In this document: in pieces, positions 12,476-24,011 of the stretch
Position numbering within the stretch: position 1 is the first letter of the stretch
Layout of the letters: the number at the start of each line of letters is the position of its first letter
Assembly: GCF_963506605.1 (NCBI RefSeq)
Contig: NC_083276.1
Location: 82,398,001 to 82,462,000 of the forward strand
DNA length: 64,000 nucleotides
Direction: 5' to 3'
From: Zootoca vivipara
Lineage: Eukaryota
Made by a program: the position numbers and the translations under genes
The notes under the pieces: model-generated
The model's input: only the letters and a program-made list of their open reading frames with translations
Database searches by the model: none
Told to the model about the DNA's origin: nothing

Positions 12476-13503
12476 CAGTGGTTCCCAACAGGTGGTCCGG
12501 GGACCCCCAGGGGTCCGCGAGCTATGCCAGAGGGGTCCGCAAGATGCTATTAGAATAAAAAATATATTAAATATATTTCGTATGATAACAGATTTTTTGT
12601 TTTGGCCGCTTCCTGCATGAGCCGAGTCTAGCACAAAACTAGAATTAGATAGAGGCAGTAGTTCTGCTGTATGCCGTTAGGTGGCGCTTTACAAACACTA
12701 CTGTTTTGCAAAGAGGCAGCGTGCGCATTCTACTAACGCTCACCTCCCCAAGATTCTTTGCGCGCGTCAGCTTCATTTGTGCGCTACTGCGCAGGTACCC
12801 TGTCTTAGGTACCCTGTCTTCTCCATTCCCCTCCCTCCTCCCTGGCGCGAGCTGCCTCTTTGCAAAACAGTAGTGTTTGTAAACAAAGCGTTGTTTTTCA
12901 CGGAAGCTACAGTTTGCGTAGTTAAAAATGGACCGTTGGTTAAAAAGCGGTTCGTTAAAACTCCTCCTATGGTGCTGGAGGAGACTCTTGAGAGTCCCAT
13001 GGACTGCAAGAAGATCAAACCTATCCATTCTGAAGGAAATCAGCCCTGAGTGCTCACTGGAAGGACAGATCGTGAAGCTGAGGCTCCAATACTTTGGCCA
13101 CCTCATGAGAAGAGAAGACTCCCTGGAAAAGACCCTGATGTTGGGAAAGATTGAGGGCACTAGGAGAAGGGGACGACAGAGGACGAGATGGTTGGACAGT
13201 GTTCGCGAAGCTACGAACATGAGTTTGACCAAACTGCGGGAGGCAGTGCAAGACAGGAGTGCCTGGCGTGCTATGGTCCATGGGGTCACGGAGAGTCGGA
13301 CACGACTAAACGACTAAACAACAAAAACGACAAAGGCCTACAGATGAAGAGGAAGAACTGTAAAAAACGTATAAATATAAAATATAAAAAGACTCTTAAT
13401 TTGGCTCTCACTTTTTAATTTTAGGATTAGGAATTAATGGGGGTCCTTGTCACAATAGCGGCTCGATGAGGGGTCCTCGAGAAAATTTTGTTGGGGACCC
13501 CTG
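12476..13503. mobile_element. Non-autonomous hAT transposon
   Basis: TIR CAGTGGTTCCCAACA / TGTTGGGGACCCCTG; perfect 8-bp TSD ATCTAGAT. Confidence 0.88.
12968..13324 (+). mobile_element. BovB/RTE LINE 3' fragment
   Basis: Encodes LWCWRRLLRVPWTARRSN...RTRLND; ACGACTAAACAACAA tail. Confidence 0.92.
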
Positions 13504-14916
13504 ATCTAGATGCTATACTCCTATTGATTATCACAGCCTCTGAAATGTTTTCAAGCAAGATTTACCACAAAGCCTATGTTTCTGTGAGGATTTTCCTGTC
13601 CAGCTTCCCCATAAGTCCTTGCATTCTTTTTCCAGACTGGAATGTTTTCCAAGCCCCACCAACCGTTTTTCACGGACAGACGCCATCTTAAAGATCCAAC
13701 AAATCATGTCCAAGCTTCTGCTTGTTAATTCCTCCGGTTGCGGATTCACAGTCTTTCCGGGCAGGGTCAACCAAATCCAGATATTAATACACATCTTATG
13801 ACAAACTCATGGCTCCCCCCGCCCCTTAACTGCTCTCACTCCCCGGCCTCCATTTTTAGCGAGCTCAATTAAAAGTGTGTCACAAGTCGTAAATCTTCTT
13901 AAAACCGTCCACAAAGAATTTTAACAAACTCCAGCTGTTGATGTAACCACCTTAGGGAAGCTTTCATCTTACAGGCTTATCTAAGCAAATTCAAATAAAT
14001 CCTCTATTGTATATATTTCAACATCCATACAGTTTATATTTTTATAACTTCTCACTTGTTCTATCCAGGGAAGGTGTTAAGTGTAATCTTGAAACATAAA
14101 AATAAAAGAATTCACTTCCCTTTCTGTTCAGTCCAACGTAGTACTTTCTTTCTTTAATACAGTATTTCCTTGACTCTTTTGTCTCTCAAAGGCTGAATTT
14201 CCTGGCAGTATTCTCCTCATCTTCATTTGAAGCATGTCCATGAATTTAAATCCAATTATTCCTCTTAAATCATGGACTCGTGCACGAAGAGGGTGGCCTC
14301 CAAGAGTTCCGGCCCCCACGGGTGCTCGGTCCAGGCCCAGGCCCACCCCCGAAGGGTCGGAGTGGGTTAAGGGGCATCAGCGGGCCAGCGGGCCCTCCCA
14401 TCCTCCCGGGAGGGTAGGGAGACTGCCTACTCACCAAGCAGCCGCCAAATTTCCCCATGGGAGTCGGGAGAGATGTTACGGGTCAGCCATTTCTCTCGAC
14501 GAGCACGAGCGGAAGCCGGCAACCTCTGTTTCTCAAGTCCACTGCAAAAGGCTTTTGACTTTTTTTTTGCTACTGCTTACATCAGAGGTAATCCTATCAA
14601 CCCCAAAAGCTACTGGGCAGAGATCCTGATGTTCTGCCAATGGCTTGCCATTATCAAACAAAGCAGGCCTTTATCAGCCTTTTGTTTCTTCAATGAACCA
14701 CCCACAGTGAGCCTCATTTGGAAGCTAGCTAGTATTATTTCCAGCCCTTGCTAAATTCATGAATTTATGAGTTTGCTCATGAATTTCTAACCCTTCACTG
14801 AATGTAGAGGTTATTGGGGGGGGGATCTCACCTCCCAAAACTCATAACAGTAACTTAAAACCATTTATTTCAATGGGTCTACTTTGAGTATGAAGCATCT
14901 GAATATGTCTCCAATT

Positions 14917-14986
14917 CATAGGTGTCAACTTTTCCCTTATTCTGAATAGGATTCCTCGTGAGAAAAGGGGAAAGTTGACAGCTATG
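14917..14986. mobile_element. 70-bp hAT MITE (variant of the CATAGCTG family)
   Basis: TIR CATAGGTGTCAACTTT / AAAGTTGACAGCTATG; perfect TSD CTCCAATT. Confidence 0.82.
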
Positions 14987-14994
14987 CTCCAATT

Positions 14995-15157
14995 ACTACA
15001 AATTTACTTGCTCAGATTGTCTTTCTGTGACTCCAACATCATCAACCATTTCTTCTGTGATATCACTGTTTTGCTGGAACGTTCTTCCACAAACACTTAC
15101 ATCAATGAACTATGTGTTTTCGTGTTGGGTACCTTTGCTGAAATGAGCATCATGGTG
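14995..15157 (+). pseudogene. Olfactory receptor relic (ECL2-TM5 only)
   Basis: [23 protein letters not shown]...YINELCVFVLGTFAEMS; resembles the same segment of OR 19761-20708. Confidence 0.85.
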
Positions 15158-15402
15158 TTTAAAACTGGGGGCAGGGACAAGAATATGCCCATGTTTACAA
15201 TACTGTTTGGTCCAATAAAATAAACAATCTCATCAGTTATATGCCATTATTTCACTGGGAATTGATATTGGGATGTATTTCCACCGAAAAGGGTGGTTTA
15301 GGGAGCGATCCTAAGCATGGGGAGCTAGCATAAGTTGCACTGCCTTAAGTTTTTCAGGGATATATATCCAACTCTGTTTCCAGGGGTAAATATTATCAAG
15401 GC

Positions 15403-15562
15403 ACTCCTCAGTGGTAGAGCATCTGTTTTGCTTCCAGAAGGTCCCAGGTTTAATCCCCAGCATCTTGAGGAAGGGTGGCAGAGACTCCTGCTTGAAACCC
15501 TAGGGAGCTACTGCCAGTAGATGTAGACAATACTGAATTAGAAGAGCAAATGGTTTGAGTAC
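15403..15562 (+). mobile_element. tRNA-derived SINE (Squam2-like), degenerate
   Basis: CTCAGTGGTAGAGCATCTG...GGTTTAATCCC A/B boxes; GTAGACAATACTGA body. Confidence 0.65.
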
Positions 15563-16321
15563 ATCACCGTCTTATGTCAATGTGCTTTCTACTTTAAGGC
15601 TGTACTTTCGCCACCGTTATGGAGACAGGCATTACAGGAAATTCTGCTATATTAATTTTGTTTCATTGGGGCTAAACGGCATTCCTGCAGGTATGTGAAC
15701 CTTCTTGAGTGATAAGAAGGGAATTGGGCTCATTTCCACGCCCTCTGTTTAGATTAAGGATTCAGCTCAATGCCTTTATCCACCAGCAAGTTTACCTCAC
15801 ATTTGTTGTGAGGTAAGCAAAACCTCCAAACCAGCCCAATTTGACTGTAGGCAAATTCTGTAAGCTGTTTCCTCCTTGGCCCCAAATATGGTGACCGAGT
15901 AACTCCACAGCAAGGCCATTCACATGTATTGCCCACTTACCTTTGGGCAGGGGCAAAACATGCAAGTTGGGTGGGTGGGACATCCGTTGACAACGGTGCT
16001 GCTGAGCATAAGCACATGGCTAGAACTGCAAAGCAGAAGTAAAAAAAAAGTACAAAAATTACTTTGGAGTAAAAGAAGCATTTCGCAAGCAGGGACAATA
16101 TTCACAAATACCTTTGAGATCAATTACCTTTCTACCATTGGGAGAAACTTTAATTGTGTTGTTTAGGTATCAGAGATATTTTTGAAAACTTCCCGTAATT
16201 TGCCTCAAATCTCTCTATGATACACATAAGTAGTTCAGAAAAGCACGCCTTCATTTCAGGAATGATTTCTTAAGCAACTGGATATCTTCCATTTCTTCTA
16301 CAGGTAATTCTCATAGCATTA

Positions 16322-16537
16322 CAGTAGAACCTCTACTTACAACTGCCTCCACTCACGGACGTTCCAAGTTGCGACCGCGGCAAACCCAGAAGTAACCGCA
16401 GCGATCGCCGTTTGTGATGCTCAGAAGTGGGCAATCGCCGCTCATGCCTGCGCACAACGGCGCCTCTCCCAGCGACCCATTTCGCCATAAGAACAGGCCT
16501 CCAGAACGGATTGTGGTCGTGAGTAGAGATTTCACTG
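16322..16537. mobile_element. Tc1/pogo-type MITE
   Basis: TA|CAGTAGAACCTCTACT ... AGTAGAGATTTCACTG|TA. Confidence 0.75.
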
Positions 16538-18092
16538 TAGGGACTATTCTCTTTTCGGGGTTATCCAGCAAACCACCATCCATGACTGACGGTCCATGGT
16601 CAACTTGGTGAGTCACAAGTAATGCAGCTGGGGCATCTCCTACATTGTTCAGAGTCAGGTTTCCCTCATTTGTCATAGTGGAATACTAGTTTGAAGGCGT
16701 ATTATTGAACTCATGTTTAAATAGCAAAGACAGGGATTTTGAAAGCAATGCAGTAAGAATAGGAATGCTTAAGGAATTTGATTGTTTCAGACTTACATGT
16801 CTAGTACTAATGGGAGAATTTAAAGTCAACTATCCACATCCTCAGATATTGTTGTTCAGTGTTAGCACCTCAGTGCTAAACAATATGCACTTTGCAAAAA
16901 CATACATTTAAGAATACTCATTTAAATGCAAATTTGTGTGCATATTTCTTTTAAAAATGCAAATTAAGACAGAAACAGGAGGGGAGGGACTTGTTGAACA
17001 TATGTGGAAGTGCCAGTTACCAGAAATAGACTGATTTGTGCCCTCCAAAATATGATCTGTTATATTTCACACAAGATTCATATTTTCTGAATAATAATAA
17101 ATAAATTTGTTTTGTGATGTCATTAGTACTTTTGTGATGTCATTAGTAGTTTTGTTGAATATAAAAGCCAAGCAATAAAGAAACCTATAGCCATGAATGA
17201 ACTTTCTGTTTCTCGTGTGGTTAGGAGGGTGGTTCCAAGGGTTAGTGTGGTTAGGAAAGTGGGGAAACACTTGGAGAATGTGTGGTTCTTTAATTCTACT
17301 GTTCCAATTTTGAAAACTTAAGAGCATTTTCCTAACTCTCACTGGAGTGATCTGTGCAGAGGGCCAACATTGTTCAAACTAGAAGAAACTTTGGCATATC
17401 TACTTATGTAAATGTGAGGAGACATAGAAGTGAGGTTCAATCAGGGAGCGTGATCTGGGTCCATGATGGAGACACTTGTCAAAGAGAAAGAATAATGCTC
17501 AAAGGGAAGAGTTAGGTAGAAGATCTTGAGGAATAGAAATGGGATGAAGAGCTATGGGGAAAGAAAGAAAAGCGTCTGGTAGGACAAAATGAGGAGTAGT
17601 GGAGCTGATGCCAGTCTGCTGGGGTCCATAGTCAATAGTGGAGAGAACTTCACCTTCCAGAGCAGTGTAAAATTCAGATGCAGGGAGCATTGAACTAGAA
17701 GATAAGAGAATGGGTGCCCCAACAGTTAAGGAGGCTCTAACACTCCAGTCCTAGAGGACTATGGAAACTAGGGGTCAGAGACTCAGCTATACAGCTGCAA
17801 ATAAAACGTTTTAAGTGTGTTGTAATGTGCAATATACAAATGTGACACTAGATAGCGACTGAGCTATGGCAAATTCAATGTATTTTTTTAAAAAGCATTT
17901 TCACAGTGTGCTTTTTTCAATGTCCACAAGGCTCACTATTGTAACTTAAAACAATAAATTGTTATGAGCTAGAATGGTGTCAAAGTTGTATCATTTGAGG
18001 GTATTTGGAATTTGCATGACATGGAACTTTCCCCAGCAGCCTGCAGAGGACATGGTATCATTCTGACATTTTATGTACTTCTAATGTGGTGA

Positions 18093-19260
18093 AATCATAG
18101 AATCATAGAGTTGGAAGAGACCACAAGGGCCATCCAGTCCAACCCCCTGCCAAGCAGGAAACACCATCAAAGCATTCTTGACATATGCCTGTCAAGCCTC
18201 TGCTTAAAGACCTCCAAAGAAGGAGACTCCGCCACACTCCTTGGTAGCAAATTCCACTGTCGAACAGCTCTTACAGTCAGGAAGTTCTTCCTAATGTTTA
18301 GGTGGAATCTTCTTTCTTGTAGCTTGAATCCATTGCTCCGTGTCCGCTTCTCTGGAGCAGCAGAAAACAACCTTTCACCCTCCTCTATATGACATCCTTT
18401 TATATATTTGAACATGGTTATCATATGACCCCTTAACCTTCTCTTCTCCAGGCTAAACATACCCAGCTCCCTAAGCCGTTCCTCATAAGGCATTGTTTCC
18501 AGGCCTTTGACCATTTTGGTTGCCCTCCTCTGGACACGTTCCAGCTTGTCAGTATCCTTCTTGAACTGTGGTGCCCAGAACTGGACACAGTACTCCAGGT
18601 GAGGTCTGACCAGAGCAGAATACAGTGGTGCTATTACTTCCCTTGATCTAGATGCTTGATCTAGATTGATGCAGCCCAGAATTGCATTGGCTTTTTTAGC
18701 TGCTGCATCACACTGTTGACTCATGTCAAGTTTGTGGTCTACCAGGACTCCTAGATCCTTTTCATATGTACTGCTCTCAAGCCAGGTGTCTCCCATCCTG
18801 TATTTGTGCCTTTCATGTTTTTTTGCCTAAGTGTAGTACTTTACATTTCTCCTTGTTAAAATTCATCTTGTTTGCTTTGGCCCAGTTGTCTAATCTGTTA
18901 AGGTCATTCTGAAGTGTGATTCTGTCCTCTGGGGTATTAGCCACCCCTCCCAATTTGGTGTCATCTGCAAACTTGCTCAGGATGCCCTCAAGCCCATCAT
19001 CCAAGTCATTGATAAAGATGTTGAATAAGACTGGGCCCAAGACAGAACCCTGTGGCACCCCACTAGTCACTACTCTCCAGGATGAAGAGGAGCCATTGAT
19101 GAGCACCCTTTGGGTTCGGTCAGTCAGCCAGTTACAAATCCACTGAATGGTAGCATTGTCTAGCCCACATTTTACCAGCTTCTTTACAAGAATATCATGG
19201 GGCACCTTGTCAAAGGCCTTGCTGAAATCAAGATAGGCTATATCCACAGCGTTCCCTTCA
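18093..19260 (-). mobile_element. CR1 LINE, 5'-truncated, with RT domain (frameshifted)
   Basis: ORFs 18813-19367 ([26 protein letters not shown]) and 18167-18796; (ATTCTATG)n-type tail. Confidence 0.95.
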
Positions 19261-19760
19261 AATTGTCTGCAAGGCCAGTGAGGAATCTGTTTGACCTTAT
19301 GCTCTTGGCTGAGTTTGACATCCAACAACAAATCTGTACAAGGTAACCCAAACTCAGTTCTGAGCAAGCATCTAGACCACTGCTCTTGCCAAATTCCATT
19401 TTATTTGAGTTGTGATTCCATCTAGTTGAAGCAGGAATGTGAAGTAGCCAAGAGCTCTAAGGGCATCAATGGCTCACTTTAGCTGAAATAATTGATTTTA
19501 TGGAATTTACAGTGTGTCCAGGTGATAGATGGGTCAATGGCAAAACCAGATTAAACTGCCCCCCACCATATATCACTTTATAAAAAGTCTCCAGTTAATA
19601 AAGGTCAAAGAGGACCATACACTCCCAGCCAAACAATTGTAGCTCACACAGTTCAGCTACTTAGGTTAGAGAAAAGGACACAAAAAAGAGGTTAAAATGC
19701 TATGGTGCCCAATATCTAATAATGAAATCTCGCTTTGTTTTTCCTAACAGGAAAGTGTGA

Positions 19761-20708
19761 ATGAATCCAATAGCTAAAGAAAATGACACCATGGCAACCA
19801 GCTTCAATCTCTTTGGACTAACAGAAAATCTGGAGCTGTGGCCTCCACTCTTTGTAGTCTTTTTAATAATCTATATTGCCACACTGGTGGGGAATCTTGG
19901 GATGATTATATTGATCTGCATAGATCCTCAGCTGCACACCCCAATGTATTTTTTTCTCAGCAGCCTGTCCTTTCTAGATGCCTGCTATTCTACCACCATC
20001 ACACCTAATATGCTGGTGAATTTTTTAGTAGAAAACAAAAGCATCACTTATGCTGCCTGCATTGCACAATATTGTTTCTTTGCAATCTTTGCCACTACTG
20101 AGTTTTTTCTGCTGGCAGCCATGGCGTATGACCGGTATGTGGCTATCTGCAACCCTCTGCTCTATGCTTCTGTGATGACCAATAAACTTTGTGCAGGTCT
20201 GATAGCAGGATCCTACCTCTTGGGTATTGTGAACTCCCTGATTCAGACGGGTGGCTTGTTGAGACTGTCCTTCTGTGGTTCCAACGTCATCAATCACTTT
20301 TTTTGTGATCTCACGCCCCTTCTGAAACTGGCCTGTAATGATATCTACATAAACGAGATGCTGGTATTCATTTTTGGTAGCCTGTTTGAAATGAGCACCT
20401 TGCTGGTCATTATAATCTCTTATGTATTCATTATTATAGCTGTAGTCAGGATCCGCTCTGCTGAGGGGAGGCATAAAGCTTTCTCCACATGTGCCTCCCA
20501 CCTCACAGCAGTGGCCATATACCATGGGACCATTCTTTTCATGTACTTCAGACCCAGCACCAGCTACTTTCTTGACACAGACAAAATAGCCTCTGTGTTT
20601 TACACGGTGATAATACCTGTGTTGAATCCTTTGATCTACAGTCTGAGGAACAAGGATGTAAAATGTGCTCTAAGAAAAGTGATTCAGAGAAAAGTGGTAT
20701 TTCAATAA
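19761..20708 (+). CDS. Olfactory receptor, class II, OR5-like (intact)
   Basis: 315 aa, [45 protein letters not shown]; acceptor TTCCTAACAG ending 19750. Confidence 0.97.
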   Translation: MNPIAKENDTMATSFNLFGLTENLELWPPLFVVFLIIYIATLVGNLGMIILICIDPQLHTPMYFFLSSLSFLDACYSTTITPNMLVNFLVENKSITYAACIAQYCFFAIFATTEFFLLAAMAYDRYVAICNPLLYASVMTNKLCAGLIAGSYLLGIVNSLIQTGGLLRLSFCGSNVINHFFCDLTPLLKLACNDIYINEMLVFIFGSLFEMSTLLVIIISYVFIIIAVVRIRSAEGRHKAFSTCASHLTAVAIYHGTILFMYFRPSTSYFLDTDKIASVFYTVIIPVLNPLIYSLRNKDVKCALRKVIQRKVVFQ

Positions 20709-21072
20709 ATATCTCTTTTAACAGTGACAAAGTATAGGTGGGCTGGGCCACCCATATGCCAATAAAATCTTGAGGCATGGCCTTATATCAACTGAACATA
20801 CTGGAACGTTTCCAAATGTATTTTGGTGTTCTATACCAGTAGAATAATAAAATCCTTGCAATGGTATCTTTTTCCAGCCCACCACATATACCTTAAACCT
20901 TCCTGTCTATGGACATCGAGGGACATGGAACTTCAGGTCCAGCATTACCCTACAAAGAACTAATCAAATGCCAATCATCTTGTCAGGAGATGAGGGAATT
21001 GAGAAGGTGTATATTTCAGAATTCCCTGGATGTGTTAAATGCATACATTGTGCTTTCCTTCTCTGTTCAGTC

Positions 21073-21929
21073 TGTCATAGGCCTCTCAGTTTCATCAGGA
21101 TCTAGCATGGTTTGGCAGTCCCAAATGGAAGAAGAAGAGTTTGGATTTGATATCCCGCTTTATCACTACCCTAAGGAGTCTCAAAGCGGCTAACAATCTC
21201 CTTTCCCTTCCTTCCCCCACAACAAACACTCTGTGAGGTGAGTGAGGCTGAGAGACTTCAGAGAAGTGTGACTAGCCCAAGGTCACCCAGCAGCTGCATG
21301 TGGAGGAGCAGAGACGCGAACCCGGTTCACCAGATTACGAGCCCTCCGCTCTTCACTACATCACACTGGGGAGAGGAGCAGAGAGAAGAAGCGGTGGAGG
21401 TTGAACCTTGAAGGCTGCCACCCGGGAATGGAAGATGGTGGTTCTCCTCTTGAGACTCTAGATATCAGGGAGAGGGAGAAGCAAATCTGCTGGCTCTCTC
21501 CACTGCCCCTCCTGTGAAGCACAGAGTTTCACTGGGGAAGGGGGAGCACTTTGGCCAGCTTATAGGAGGGACTGAGCAGAAAGAGGTGGCAGTGAATCCA
21601 GAGTCTGAGGGCAGGACACAGTGAGCCCACACATCAACGTGAATGGATCATACATTTGTGCGCACAGAAATCTTGTAAGGCAAGAAAGTCTTTTGTGTGA
21701 GCTTGCCCTGTCTTTAAAATCTTGGTGGGAGGGGTGTGGCAACTGTTGGGACATCTTCATTGTTTCCATTCAAATGTGTACCTTTCGTCTAGCCCTTGTA
21801 CCTTGGAATCATGATTTGTGGGCCCTGTGATTGCTGCTGAACCTCTTTTGTTATTAGCCTGAATAAAGGTATCTTCCTTACTCTCAGATAAGAACCACCA
21901 TTACCGTGTTTTGGTATGGGAGCATGACA
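21073..21929 (+). mobile_element. Solo LTR containing a SINE
   Basis: TGTCAT...ATGACA termini; 5-bp TSD CAGTC (21068-21072, 21930-21934); AATAAA at ~21862. Confidence 0.75.
21128..21369 (-). mobile_element. CORE-type SINE (Squam3-like)
   Basis: tRNA head, GGGTGACCTTGGGCTAGTCAC core, (CTT)n tail; second copy at 62818. Confidence 0.82.
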
Positions 21930-22090
21930 CAGTCCTCCCACGGCTGTGAAATGCACATCATTTGCTATCAACAATGGGATTCTGCCCTTAGTGGTTGGGC
22001 AACTTGACATGGTTAAGTTACTTCAGAGCAGAAACTAAACCAAAAGGGGTGACCATGAAAGTAGCAGCTGCATTGCTAAGAACAAAAAAA

Positions 22091-22431
22091 AAAGGTAAAA
22101 GGTAAAGGAGCCCTGAATGGTTAAGTCCAGTCAAAAGCGACTATGGGGTTACGTCGCTCATCTTGCTTTCAGGCTGAGGGAGCAGGTGTTTGTCCACAAG
22201 ACAGCTCTCCAGGTCATGTGGCCAGCATGACTAAACCACTTCTCGCACAACGGAACACCGTGACAGAAACCAGAGTGCACGGAAACACTGGCGTCCTTTC
22301 AAACTGCTAGGTTGGCAGGAGCTGGGAGAGAGCAACGGGAGCTCACTCCATTGCGGGGATTCAAACTGCCACGCTTCCGATCAGCACATCCAAGAGGCTC
22401 AGTGGTTTAGACCACAGCACCACCCGTGTCC
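22091..22431 (-). mobile_element. Sauria SINE
   Basis: AAGGTAAAAGGTAAAGG tail and reverse-complement tRNA head. Confidence 0.85.
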
Positions 22432-22642
22432 TCACTAAGAACAAAAGCAGCATACTTGACTGCCTCAGCTAACACCCTATGGTTGGAAATAGGAGCAGAA
22501 AAGTTAAGCTCCCCATTACAGACATGCAGGAATGTGTCAAAAGTTGTAAAGATTAGAAGACAGCAAAAACTAGCGCAACTTCATCAAAAAAATGAAACAC
22601 CACACACAATTGAAAATGCCATTTAAAGTGAATCCTTTAGAT

Positions 22643-22778
22643 CAGTGGTCCTCAACCTTGGGCCTCCAGATGTTTTGAGACTACAATTCCCATCATCCCT
22701 GACCACTGGTCCTACTAGCTAGGGATCATGGGAGTTGTAGGCCAAAAACATCTGGAGGCCCAAGGTTGAGGACCACTG
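22643..22778. mobile_element. hAT MITE, 136 bp
   Basis: Long TIR CAGTGGTCCTCAACCTTGGGCCTCCAGATGTTTT; perfect TSD CTTTAGAT. Confidence 0.9.
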
Positions 22779-23275
22779 CTTTAGATGTTCAGCAGGTCTT
22801 GGTCAAGCAATGTAGTGGGATTAGGGGTCTGCATGCTGATGCACATCAGTGTCTTTAGCAACACCTGTGGGAGGTCATATGTGCACAGAAAACCCTTCCA
22901 AGAATGTGTCTCTCTCTTGCAGGATTTGAATGACTGAATGCACTGCAATATCCCTATGTGTGTTGAGAGAATTTCTCTCATAGTGATACATGGGAGATCC
23001 TTACACAGACATGGTAGATATGACATGCAAGGAGAGTTTCTTGAATCTATGAAGGAAGAGAAGCCAAAGTCCTATCCAGTCCTAAACTTCATGCTACAGC
23101 CCTTTAGACCAATTAAATACAAAACAGTACAGATTGCCCAGTCAAATTGTATTGTGGAGACTGTGTCTGATTCAAGACACTGTAGCACATACACCACCAC
23201 CATTTGTGTAATTCAGACAGTTGGAAAGGATCCAGCTCTGCCATTGTTGGACTCTGGTTCAAGTGCAATGGAATA

Positions 23276-23527
23276 CAGTGGTACCCCGCAAGACCAATGC
23301 CTCGTGCAATGAAAAACTCACAAGGTGAAAGTGTTTTGTGTTGCGCAAGGCGTCTCACAAGACAAAGTTTCCTATGGCCACGCTTCGCAAGACGAATAGG
23401 AACACATTGATTAAATGGGTAGACCGGGTAAACCGGATAAATGGTCAACCATGCTTTGCAAGATGAATTTTTTGTTATACAAAGTGACTCACTGAACAAA
23501 TTAATTTCGTCTTGCAAGGTACTACTG
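23276..23527. mobile_element. Tc1/pogo (Tigger-like) MITE
   Basis: TA|CAGTGGTACCCCGCAAGAC ... GTCTTGCAAGGTACTACTG|TA. Confidence 0.8.
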
Positions 23528-24011
23528 TACATTCCCAATATCAAAGGCAGTTTTAGGGTAGCATGACCAGTTTGGCCACACTGGGCACCACAACAATGCT
23601 GTAGAAAACAGCACGAGAGGCAGGGGGTGCTGAATTTTAGCATTGCACAGGACACCACTGGAATTTGAGAGCCCAAAGTCCGCCATTGCCCATATGGCAT
23701 ACATAAAACTGAGAAAATTATTTATATGTCATACTGAAGACTGGGCTAACACAAATATTGATTATGGAGTTCCTTGTACTTTGAAGCATGGACAAAATAA
23801 ATTATGAGGAAAGGTATGTTCATTATTTATATTCAACTAGAGGGGGGGGAAGAACAGCAATTCAGTTTTTAATTAACTTTAAAAAAGCAGAGCTTTTTTA
23901 AGAGCTCCCACAAGTGTACTTTTTAATTATTTTCTCTGAGACTAGAGTTGCTTCAGGGATTTCATTAAAAATAATAAAAATCCCTCTCCCATCATAAACC
24001 ATTGAATCTGG

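Larger units (their letters stand above)
11081..13528 (-). mobile_element. CR1 LINE 3' portion, split by an LTR and a hAT element
   Basis: Segments 11081-11175, 12009-12475 and 13504-13528 are colinear with the CR1 at 18093-18670; encodes ...[21 protein letters not shown]... Confidence 0.9.
10797..14517 (-). mobile_element. Non-LTR, L1-derived non-autonomous element (~1.27 kb net) hosting nested insertions
   Basis: 17-bp TSD GGCAACCTCTGTTTCTC (10780-10796, 14518-14534); simple-repeat/A-rich tail at 10797; GC-rich 5' end GGCTTCCG...AAATGGCTG. Confidence 0.7.

Noticed and set aside
12645-13289. 214-aa ORF MTPWTIARQALL... (also 34822, 48632, 52060)
   Set aside because: Antisense reading of BovB; recurs wherever BovB occurs
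20025-20525. 166-aa antisense ORF and similar ORFs overlapping OR genes
   Set aside because: Shadow frames of OR coding sequence with no independent motifs
23113-23700. 195-aa minus-strand ORF
   Set aside because: Runs through a Tigger-like MITE; no recognisable domain
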